From Geopsychrobacteraceae bacterium (lineage in GTDB: Bacteria; Desulfobacterota; Desulfuromonadia; Desulfuromonadales; Geopsychrobacteraceae), in assembly GCA_963676795.2 (NCBI GenBank), contig CAXXTB010000002.1:864001-928000 (forward strand): DNA of 64,000 nt. The letters run 5' to 3'. This document shows, piece after piece, positions 50,600 to 58,394 of this stretch. A program made the position numbers and the translations under genes. The notes beneath the pieces are model-generated. The model was given only the letters and a program-made list of their open reading frames with translations, ran no database searches and had not been told where the DNA came from. Numbering within the stretch: the first letter of the stretch is position 1; each line of letters opens with the position of its first letter.

Positions 50600-52428
50600 G
50601 GCTGATCATCCTCCTGCGGTTCTCCGCCGTTGTAGCGGTATTTCTGTTCGAGTTGAAATTTACGCCTGAGCAGGCCGCCCGGATCGTCGGGGATGCGCTG
50701 CAGGTATCGCTGCAGCTGCTGTTCTTCAGGCGACAGGTCCTCGTCGTCAGAGTTAGACTGTGCGGCCGTTTGCGGTTGCTCATCCTGTTGTGCACTGTCC
50801 TGCTGCTGTGCCTGTGCCTGCTCCGCGGAACGGTCCTGTTGCTCCTGTTTATCCCGGGCGTTCTGATCTTGTTGATCTTGGTTCTGTTGTGTCTGATCAC
50901 CCTGCCGGGCGTTGCTCTTACCTTGCTGCTGCTGATCCTGGGGGCTGTTCTGCTGTTGCCTCTGTTCACCTGCCTGCTGATCAGCATCATTCTTCTGCTT
51001 GTCGCCCTGATCCTGCGACTGGTTCCCCTGGCCGTTTTGATTCTGCTGTTGCTGCTCCTGTTGTTTCAAGGCGTCTGCAACGATCTTGCGGTTCTCTTTG
51101 ACATCGGTAAGTTCAGGGTTCTGTTTCAGTGCCCTGTCATAGGCATCAAGGGCCTCTTGGAGTTGCCCGTTGCGGGCGAGCATGTTGCCGCGGTTGTACC
51201 AGTCGTCGGCGCTCTCTGCCTGCGGCAATTCCTTAAGGGCGGTGCCGTAGTCACCGCCCTGGTAGTGGCTGCTCGCTCTCCAGCGCGGATCTTTGAACCC
51301 CTCGGCAGCATCCTGGTAGTTCTGCTGCTGATATTGCCGGTAGGCCTGTTGCTCGGAGTTATGCCACAGCCCGGTCCAGTCGAGGGCGCAGGCCGGAGAG
51401 GGAGCGGCCAAAGGCAGCAGGACAACCAGTGGTACGATCAGCAGCCAGCCGCGCCGGAAGGCGAAGGCACAGAGGATGGCCAGTGGCCAGAGCAGCCAGA
51501 CCCCGGCGTCCTGCCAGAGATCCCCGGTCCTGTTGAGCTGATTGTCAGCATTGGCCGGCGTTGTGGTCTTGATCTGACCGAGCAGGGCGGTGAAATCGCT
51601 GTCATCAACGCTTAACCGCCGGTAGCTGCCGCCGCCTGCCGCGGCCAGGGCTTTTAGCCCCGTTTCATTGAGGCGCGGCAGGGCCAGGTTGCCGCTTTTA
51701 TCCTTGAAGAAGCCACCGCCCGGCAGTGGAATCGGCGCGCCTTCCGGGGTGCCGATCCCGATAATCTGCAATGTCAGGCCATTCTCTTGCAATTTGCTGG
51801 CGGCCGCGCTGTATTGTTCCGGGTGGTCTTCGTCGGTGAGCATCAGCAGGGTTCCTTCGCTCTGGCCGGCCTGCTTGAGCAGCGAAGAGGCCAGCTCGAA
51901 GACGCGCTCCGGGTGACTGCCCTGGAGCGGCATCATATCCGGATTCAGACTGCCGAGCAGCAGTTGGATCGTCTCCGTGTCGCTGGTCAGCGGTGTGACG
52001 GCATGGGCACTGCCGGCAAAGGCGATCAGTGCGGTCTGCCCTTCACGGCGCTGGCGCAGGATGTCGGCAATTTTGAGTCGTGCGCGCATGGCCCGGCTCG
52101 GTTTCTGGTCGGCGACCGACATCGAGCGCGACAGATCATAAGCGATGATCAGCGCCGATTGCTGGCGCAGGACCGGCACCGGGCGCTTCTGCCAGGTCGG
52201 TCCGGCGAGAGCGAGAATTGCAAGGATAATAGCCGTCAGGACCAGCCACAGGGGCCAGTTGGCCCTGCGCTGCGAATGGCCGATCAGCAGATGCGGCAGC
52301 AGTTCCGGGTCGCAGATCTCCTGCCAGCTGCGGCTTTTGAGCTGGCGTTTCCAGTAGCTAGCGAGGATGGCCAGCAACGGAATCAGGGCAATAAACCAGG
52401 CCGGGCGTAAAAAGTGAAAATGTTCCAT
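50593..52428 (-). CDS. VWA + TPR protein (BatB/BatC-like) with Gln-rich linker
   Basis: HFLRP, DLSRSM MIDAS, YNRGN TPR, IPDDPGGLLRRKF. Confidence 0.88.
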   Translation of the reverse strand: MEHFHFLRPAWFIALIPLLAILASYWKRQLKSRSWQEICDPELLPHLLIGHSQRRANWPLWLVLTAIILAILALAGPTWQKRPVPVLRQQSALIIAYDLSRSMSVADQKPSRAMRARLKIADILRQRREGQTALIAFAGSAHAVTPLTSDTETIQLLLGSLNPDMMPLQGSHPERVFELASSLLKQAGQSEGTLLMLTDEDHPEQYSAAASKLQENGLTLQIIGIGTPEGAPIPLPGGGFFKDKSGNLALPRLNETGLKALAAAGGGSYRRLSVDDSDFTALLGQIKTTTPANADNQLNRTGDLWQDAGVWLLWPLAILCAFAFRRGWLLIVPLVVLLPLAAPSPACALDWTGLWHNSEQQAYRQYQQQNYQDAAEGFKDPRWRASSHYQGGDYGTALKELPQAESADDWYNRGNMLARNGQLQEALDAYDRALKQNPELTDVKENRKIVADALKQQEQQQQNQNGQGNQSQDQGDKQKNDADQQAGEQRQQQNSPQDQQQQGKSNARQGDQTQQNQDQQDQNARDKQEQQDRSAEQAQAQQQDSAQQDEQPQTAAQSNSDDEDLSPEEQQLQRYLQRIPDDPGGLLRRKFQLEQKYRYNGGEPQEDDQPW

Positions 52429-52429
52429 C

Positions 52430-53425
52430 TCAATTTCTCCTTAAACGCGGCAGGTTGTCGCCGATGGCCAGCAGGGCTGCGATAATCAGGGCAATACCGA
52501 GCGGCCAGTAGAAAAGGTCGCTGACCGGCCGGTAGCGCTCGACATCCTTTTCCGCCGGTTCCAGTTGGTCGAGCAATTTGTAGATCTCCTCCAGTTCGTC
52601 ACTGTCATGGGCGCGGAAATAGCGACCGCCGGTTTTTTCGGCGACCATCTTCAGGGTCGCTTCATCGAGATCCTGCGATGGGTTGACGGTCTGGGAAAAG
52701 AGAAATCCGCGGACCTCCATGCTGCTGGCACCGATACCGATGGTGTAGATCTTTAAGCCCTGCCGGGCGGCCAGTTCTGCAGCTTTCTCCGGTGTCAGTT
52801 CGCCGGTGGTATTGGCGCCGTCGGTCATCAGGATCAGCACCCGTTTGGTCGCTTCGTCCTTGTTGGTACGTTTCAGTGCCAGGCCGATGGCATCGCCGAT
52901 GGCGGTCTGCTTGCCGGCCATGCCGAGCAGCGATTCAGCGAGCAGGGTTTTTACCGAATTCAGGTCGAAGGTCAGCGGCGTCTGGACGTAGGCCTGGTCG
53001 CCAAACAGGATCAGGCCGATCCGGTCGCCGCTACGTCGTTCGATGAACGGGGAGGCGAGCTGCTTGAGCGCGGTCAGACGGTCAACCTGCTTGCCTCCGA
53101 TTTCAAAGTCGGGGGTCTCCATGCTGCCGGACAGATCGACGGCGAGCAGCAGGTCGCGCCCGGAGACCGGAAAATCAAGCGGTTCGCCCATCCACTGGGG
53201 GCGGGCGCAGGCGCTGATCAGCAGCAGCCAGCAGAGCAGGGCGAGAATTTTAAACAGCCGTGAGCGCCCGGCACTGCTCTGCTGGTGGCGGGCCAGGTTG
53301 AAACGGGACAGTTGCGGAACCCACAGGGCGGCCTCTTCACCCGCCAGGGCGGGGGGCAGCAACTTCCAGAGAATCAGCGGCAACGGCAGCAGGACAAAAG
53401 CCCAGGGCCAGTCGAAATGAATCAT
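52430..53425 (-). CDS. VWA domain protein (BatA-like)
   Basis: ARPQW, DLSGSM, GDRIGLILF, TAIGDA, TDGAN, TGGRYFRA. Confidence 0.9.
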   Translation of the reverse strand: MIHFDWPWAFVLLPLPLILWKLLPPALAGEEAALWVPQLSRFNLARHQQSSAGRSRLFKILALLCWLLLISACARPQWMGEPLDFPVSGRDLLLAVDLSGSMETPDFEIGGKQVDRLTALKQLASPFIERRSGDRIGLILFGDQAYVQTPLTFDLNSVKTLLAESLLGMAGKQTAIGDAIGLALKRTNKDEATKRVLILMTDGANTTGELTPEKAAELAARQGLKIYTIGIGASSMEVRGFLFSQTVNPSQDLDEATLKMVAEKTGGRYFRAHDSDELEEIYKLLDQLEPAEKDVERYRPVSDLFYWPLGIALIIAALLAIGDNLPRLRRN

Positions 53426-53922
53426 GCCGACCTCCTGCGCTTATCCTGAGCTGGCAGCCGGCGCAGCCAGTTGCGGCACAGGTTGAACAGTGCCAACGGT
53501 TCAAATTGTGGCTCTGGCTGGTAGGGGCCGCTGGCCAGGCATTGACCGACGCCGGTTGTGAACTCAGTGGTCTTGCCCTGACTGTCGAGAAACTTAAGCC
53601 ATTCCTGGCCACTCAGTCCGGCGCAGCTGTTATCCGGCCAGGCCTTGAGTGCCGCACGGCGCAACAGCCGGGACAGGGCGGCGAGCAGTTCGCTGTGACT
53701 CAGCGGTTGTTGTTCGAGTTGGGTCAGTTCCCTGAGGGCCTGACGGCGATAGGTCAAGCGCTTGTGCCGGTTCAGCAGCAGCAGGAACAGGCAAACGAGG
53801 ATGAGCAACAGCGCGGCAACGAGCCACCAGCCGGGCGCCGGGGGCCAGAACCCCGGGACCGGCGGCAGGTGCAGATCGTGCAGCGGCAGAGAACTGTAAG
53901 GATTGGTGGTTGGAGCAGGCAT
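53422..53922 (-). CDS. DUF4381 family membrane protein
   Basis: L.DLHLP....WPPAPGWW, LRRAAL, L.G.EWL.FLD. Confidence 0.85.
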   Translation of the reverse strand: MPAPTTNPYSSLPLHDLHLPPVPGFWPPAPGWWLVAALLLILVCLFLLLLNRHKRLTYRRQALRELTQLEQQPLSHSELLAALSRLLRRAALKAWPDNSCAGLSGQEWLKFLDSQGKTTEFTTGVGQCLASGPYQPEPQFEPLALFNLCRNWLRRLPAQDKRRRSA

Positions 53923-53925
53923 TGG

Positions 53926-54852
53926 TTATCCTTTGTTGCCGGTGATGAACTGCTGCGGATCGCTGGTCGTCACGACGTCGTAAAAAACAATCCGGTAGCT
54001 TTTACAGAACGCGTTGACCCGCTCGTGCAGGGTGGCAAAGTTGCGGTGATAGTGACTGCGCACCTGGCTGCTTGCCGTCGAGATCAGCAGATCGCTGCTG
54101 CCGTCACTGAGGCGGTAGTTGTTCCCCTGCGGCAGCTCCGCTTCGAGCGGGTCGAAAAGGAAATAGAGGCTGATCTCGGCCTGACGGCTGAGCACGGCCA
54201 GCTGTTTCTCCACCGAGTCGTCCCACTGGGTCAGGTCGCTGAACAGATGAACCCTGCTCCCCGGTCTGGTGACACGCAGCAGGCGCTGGACGGTTTCGGC
54301 CAGCCGCTGGTGAGGCTGAAACGGCTGGTGGGGCGGGCGCTGCCAGACCGGATCGCTGGTCATGGCGTTGAGCAGCTGGAGAACACCGCGATGACCGCCA
54401 CGCGGGCGCAGTTCGGTGTGTTTCTCCTCGGAAAAGAGGAAGCCGCCGATCCGGTCGCCCTGAGCCATGGCCTGCCAGGCGAGCAGGGCCGCCAGCTGCG
54501 AGGCAAGGACCGCCTTGAAACGGCCGCGGGTGGCAAAGAACATCGGCCGCCGGTAATCGAGGGCATACAGCACCGGTCGTTCGCGTTCTTCATGGAACAG
54601 CTTGGTGTGGACCTTGCCGCGCCGCGCAGTGACCCGCCAGTCGATGCTGCGCACGTCATCCCCGGGCTGGTAGCCGCGCACCTCGGCAAATTCCATCCCC
54701 CGGCCGCGAAACCGTGAACGGTGACCACCAGCCAGCTGGGCGCTGGCGAGGCTGCGAGGCTTTTCCGTTCGCTGCGGCAGGGCGCGCAGGGCAACCAGCT
54801 CCTTGAGGCTGATGTTGACCGGGGATGATTTATCTTCAGTCTGTTTTGACAC
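53926..54852 (-). CDS. DUF58 family protein
   Basis: GRGMEFAEVRGYQPGDDVRSIDWRVTAR, EERER, FSD, DPLE. Confidence 0.92.
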   Translation of the reverse strand: MSKQTEDKSSPVNISLKELVALRALPQRTEKPRSLASAQLAGGHRSRFRGRGMEFAEVRGYQPGDDVRSIDWRVTARRGKVHTKLFHEERERPVLYALDYRRPMFFATRGRFKAVLASQLAALLAWQAMAQGDRIGGFLFSEEKHTELRPRGGHRGVLQLLNAMTSDPVWQRPPHQPFQPHQRLAETVQRLLRVTRPGSRVHLFSDLTQWDDSVEKQLAVLSRQAEISLYFLFDPLEAELPQGNNYRLSDGSSDLLISTASSQVRSHYHRNFATLHERVNAFCKSYRIVFYDVVTTSDPQQFITGNKG

Positions 54853-54883
54853 GAGCTATCCTTAAAAAACTTGGTGACTTCCC

Positions 54884-55003
54884 AAAAACGAGAGATTTTT
54901 CGTTGTGGCTAGGAAAACAAGGAACGGCGCGGAGGCATACACCGGTATGCCGCACAAGCCATTCCGAAGATTGACGAAGCCACGGCGGAAAAGATCCGTT
55001 TTT
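54884..55003. repeat. ~120-nt palindromic intergenic element inside the MoxR operon
   Basis: aaaaacg..atttttcgttgtggct / agccacggcggaaaagatccgttttt arms around the inner hairpin ggcatac-accg-gtatgcc. Confidence 0.65.
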
Positions 55004-55005
55004 CG

Positions 55006-55971
55006 CTAGGGCACAGGTACCCGGGCGAGCAGTTCCCCGATAATCCGCTCGCGGCTGATCCCTTCGGCCTCGGCTTCGTAGCTGAGTAGCAGGCGATGGC
55101 GGAGGACGCCGAAGGCCAACTGCTGGATATCCTCCGGGGTGACGTAGTCACGCCCCTGCAGCCAGGCGCGCGAGCGGGCGCAGCGGTCGAGGGCGATGGT
55201 CGCCCGCGGGCTGGCGCCGTAGACCAGCCAGCCGGCCAGGTCGCTCCCCCAGTTCTGTGGTTTGCGGGTCGCCAGGATCAGCTGGACCAGGTACTCCTCG
55301 AGATTCTCGGCCAGGTGCACGCTGAGGACCTGCTGGCGGGCCTGGCGCAGTTCGGCCGTGGTCAGGCGCTGTGGCGCTGGCGGCTGCTGCGTGGCGGCGG
55401 CCTCACCGCGGGCCAGACGCAGGATCTCCAGTTCTGTCGCCGCTTCCGGATAGTCAACCAGAACATGCAGCAGGAAGCGGTCGAGCTGGGCTTCGGGGAG
55501 CGGGTAGGTCCCTTCCTGTTCGATCGGGTTCTGGGTCGCCATGACCAGGAAGGGATCGGCCAGCGGGTAGCTGGTCTGACCGACGGTGATCTGGCGTTCG
55601 GCCATTGCCTCCAGCAGGGCCGACTGAACCTTGGCCGGCGCGCGGTTGATCTCGTCGGCGAGGATCAGGTTGTGAAACAGCGGGCCGCGCTGAAACTGGA
55701 AACTGCCGTCCTGCGGGCGGAAGATTTCGGTGCCGGTCAGGTCGGCAGGAAGCAGGTCGGGGGTGAACTGGACGCGGTGAAAGCTGCCTTCGAGCTGCTC
55801 GGCCAGCTGACGGATGGCGCGGGTTTTGGCCAGGCCAGGAGCCCCTTCGACGAGCAGGTGGCCATCGGCCAACAGGGCGATCAGCAGGGCCTCGATCAGC
55901 TGCGGCTGACCGATGATGCGGGACTGCAGGGTTGCGGCGAGGGTTTGAAAACGCTGTTGAACAGTATCCAT
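55006..55971 (-). CDS. moxR: MoxR family AAA+ ATPase
   Basis: GAPGLAKT, QFTPDLLPAD, DEINRAPAKVQSALLEAM, ATQNPIEQEGTYPLPEAQLDRF. Confidence 0.95.
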   Translation of the reverse strand: MDTVQQRFQTLAATLQSRIIGQPQLIEALLIALLADGHLLVEGAPGLAKTRAIRQLAEQLEGSFHRVQFTPDLLPADLTGTEIFRPQDGSFQFQRGPLFHNLILADEINRAPAKVQSALLEAMAERQITVGQTSYPLADPFLVMATQNPIEQEGTYPLPEAQLDRFLLHVLVDYPEAATELEILRLARGEAAATQQPPAPQRLTTAELRQARQQVLSVHLAENLEEYLVQLILATRKPQNWGSDLAGWLVYGASPRATIALDRCARSRAWLQGRDYVTPEDIQQLAFGVLRHRLLLSYEAEAEGISRERIIGELLARVPVP

Positions 55972-56018
55972 TGAAGATTCCCTTGATATTGTCGTGTTTG
56001 TCTGGCGGAGGTGTGGAG

Positions 56019-56068
56019 CCTCAGCTGTCCGGTTTGAAGAACTGAGAATGACCTCAGCTGTCAGGTTT
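56019..56068. promoter_or_regulatory. 17-bp direct repeat, 33-nt period, upstream of moxR
   Basis: cctcagctgtccggttt (56019) and cctcagctgtcaggttt (56052), one mismatch. Confidence 0.55.
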
Positions 56069-56098
56069 TGACGAACTATCGGTACTGGATTCTGACGT

Positions 56099-56416
56099 TC
56101 AGGTCAAGACTGGTGGCGGTCGATTGGAATGGTTTGGGCGCATTGAAAAATCGGACTGCTGCTCAGGAGCGGTCCTGTGCCCTTGGGATTGGTCCGTCTG
56201 GAGTGGATGGTTCTGAATCCGGGTGGCAGGCGGGAGAGCGTGAAACGGCGCGCCACCAGTAGAGTGACTTTCATCGTCGCCGATCTGTTCATAGCTGCTG
56301 GACTCGCTCTCAGCGAGCTGAGCCTGGTGCTGCAGTGTCAGAAAAATCTGGCAGCAGGCGATGATCAGCAGAACCAGGCAGCAGTACTGGTAGATCGCTC
56401 GGTTTTCTACAGTCAT
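56099..56416 (-). CDS. Small membrane-targeted ORF ending in RPPP (candidate arrest/leader peptide)
   Basis: Hydrophobic N-terminal segment, polar linker, C-terminal SNRPPPVLT*; start uncertain (56416 or 56440). Confidence 0.5.
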   Translation of the reverse strand: MTVENRAIYQYCCLVLLIIACCQIFLTLQHQAQLAESESSSYEQIGDDESHSTGGAPFHALPPATRIQNHPLQTDQSQGHRTAPEQQSDFSMRPNHSNRPPPVLT

Positions 56417-56846
56417 GGGTTTATCGTCGATAATGGTCATGAAAAGATTAATAAGCAAACCTCGGGCCAACGAAATATAGAGTAAAAACAGCCACCTATG
56501 TAACATTGTTCTGTTGCATTCTGCCCCATTGGGGCAAAATGCCCCGCGATGATCGCGATGAAAATCTCTTTGAATCAACGGCTGGTGGCTATTTTCCGGC
56601 CAGCAATTTCCTTTCGAAATAATCAGGGCATTTTACCGAGCTTTTAAAACTTTGCACCTTCGCGGATTTGCGTGAGGCCGGTTTGGGTCTTGGCGGGGTT
56701 GTTGTGGCTGAAAGAAGATATCCTGCCTGAGTTATTCAATAATGCAAATTGGATGACTCGCAAAAATGGCAGCCTGTGCTAAGTTTTAAGTACTCTGCCC
56801 TTCTGTGGCAGAGGGGAGAAGGGTTATCGCCTATGAAGGTGTGCTG

Positions 56847-58358
56847 ATGAGAAAACCAAAGGCCTTTGCCCGGGACTTGACGGCCATTGCCAGGGCCTAT
56901 TCGGCAGGACGGCTGAACCGGCGGGCTTTTCTGCGCTATTGTGCCCTTGCCGGGCTGGCCTGCAGCTCTCCCTATCTGCTCAGTGGCTGTAAAAATAAAT
57001 CAGCACAAACTGCTGCCGGTGACGCCGAGTCGCTGCTCGGTCCTCAGTCGGCCATGACACCCGGTACCGATCAATATCATTTCCTGTCCGATGTCGGGCG
57101 CAGCTTTTCCGGAACCAAACTGCGGGTTGTCAGTGAAGATACCCCGCCGTCGCAGGCCATCAAAAAGCTTATCGAACAGGAATTCACTCCGCTGACCGGG
57201 ATCGAGGTCGAGTGGGAGTTGATCCCTCTGGACCGGGCGCTGGCGCGGATTCTTTCCGATGTCGGACAGAAATCGGGGGGGCACGATATCTTCTATCTGG
57301 ATCAGGCCTGGGTTGCTAATTTTGCCATGGATTGTACACCGGTCTGGATGTTGCTGCAAAATCAGGACCTGCTCTATCCCGGCTATGCGCTGGACGATCT
57401 TCTGCTGCCTCTGATGGAGCATGGGGCTTCGAGCCAGAGCGTGCTGATCGGTATCCCCTTTGATATCCCGATCTTCATCATGATGTATCGCAGGGATATC
57501 TTTGACGATCTCAACCTCAAGGTACCGACCACGTTGAGCGAATATCTCGAGGTCGTCAGAGCGATCAATGAAACCCTGGCGCCCCAGGTCTACGGTACAA
57601 CCGCTCAGTGGAAATCGGGACACTACGGCCTGGAGTGTCACATGACAGCCTGGCTGTGGGGGCATGGCGGTTCGATTTTTGATGCGGACCTGAAGCCGAC
57701 GATCAACGATGAACGGGCTCATGCGGCAATGGAATACATGCTGAATCTCGGCCGTTACATGCCCCCCGGTGTCACCACCTGGGACTGGCAGGGGGAGGCG
57801 GCCTCCTTCGCCCAGGGGCTGGCCGGTGTCTATCTGTCATGGGGAGAGTTTTTCCCGTCCTTCGACGATCCGGTCAACTCTCAGATTGCCGGGCTCGCCG
57901 AGGCCGCTCTCTGCCCACGCCCCGATCTGCTGCGCTCCGCTGCTGACTGCGGTTTCGGCGAGGTGCCGGGCATCGGCCATCAGGGGGGGAGCTGTCTGGC
58001 CGTTTCCCGTTACAGTCGCCACCAGGAGGCGGCCTGGATTCTGCTGCAATGGGCGACCAGCCCCGATATCACCGTCCGTTCGTCTCTGCTAGGCGGTGGC
58101 GCCAATCCGGTCCGGCAGAGTAATTACAGCGATCCGCGCGTACTGCGGATGAATAAGCCGGGACCGGGAACAACGCGTCATTTTGATGTGACCCTGCAGA
58201 CGATCCTCAAGGATCTGGGGAGTGAACCCCATTATCCCGGTTGGGCCAGCCTGGCGACTGATTGCTTTGCCGTTGAACTGGGCAAGCTGACCACCGGCCA
58301 GCAGGGGATCAGCGAGACCTTGGATACTATGGCGAGTGTCGCCAAGACCTCATTCTGA
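56847..58358 (+). CDS. Tat-exported ABC-type (carbohydrate family) solute-binding protein
   Basis: NRRAFL twin-arginine motif, LSGC; TGIEVEWE, YRRDIFD, P.TL.EY, AAW.LLQW motifs. Confidence 0.82.
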   Translation: MRKPKAFARDLTAIARAYSAGRLNRRAFLRYCALAGLACSSPYLLSGCKNKSAQTAAGDAESLLGPQSAMTPGTDQYHFLSDVGRSFSGTKLRVVSEDTPPSQAIKKLIEQEFTPLTGIEVEWELIPLDRALARILSDVGQKSGGHDIFYLDQAWVANFAMDCTPVWMLLQNQDLLYPGYALDDLLLPLMEHGASSQSVLIGIPFDIPIFIMMYRRDIFDDLNLKVPTTLSEYLEVVRAINETLAPQVYGTTAQWKSGHYGLECHMTAWLWGHGGSIFDADLKPTINDERAHAAMEYMLNLGRYMPPGVTTWDWQGEAASFAQGLAGVYLSWGEFFPSFDDPVNSQIAGLAEAALCPRPDLLRSAADCGFGEVPGIGHQGGSCLAVSRYSRHQEAAWILLQWATSPDITVRSSLLGGGANPVRQSNYSDPRVLRMNKPGPGTTRHFDVTLQTILKDLGSEPHYPGWASLATDCFAVELGKLTTGQQGISETLDTMASVAKTSF

Positions 58359-58394
58359 TTGTACCTGATCAGTGAATAGCGTGAGAACAGGCCT

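Noticed and set aside
50740..51070. Gln/Asn/Asp-rich low-complexity tract
   Set aside because: Normal linker of VWA-TPR (BatB/C-like) proteins, not an independent repeat
56520..56605. Cluster of small hairpins considered as a c-di-GMP (GEMM) riboswitch
   Set aside because: Lacks the GEMM tetraloop-receptor arrangement; not supportable without a covariance search
30867..56677. CRISPR or integron attC interpretation of the short repeats
   Set aside because: No regular repeat-spacer periodicity, no cas or intI gene, and no clear RYYYAAC/GTTRRRY ends
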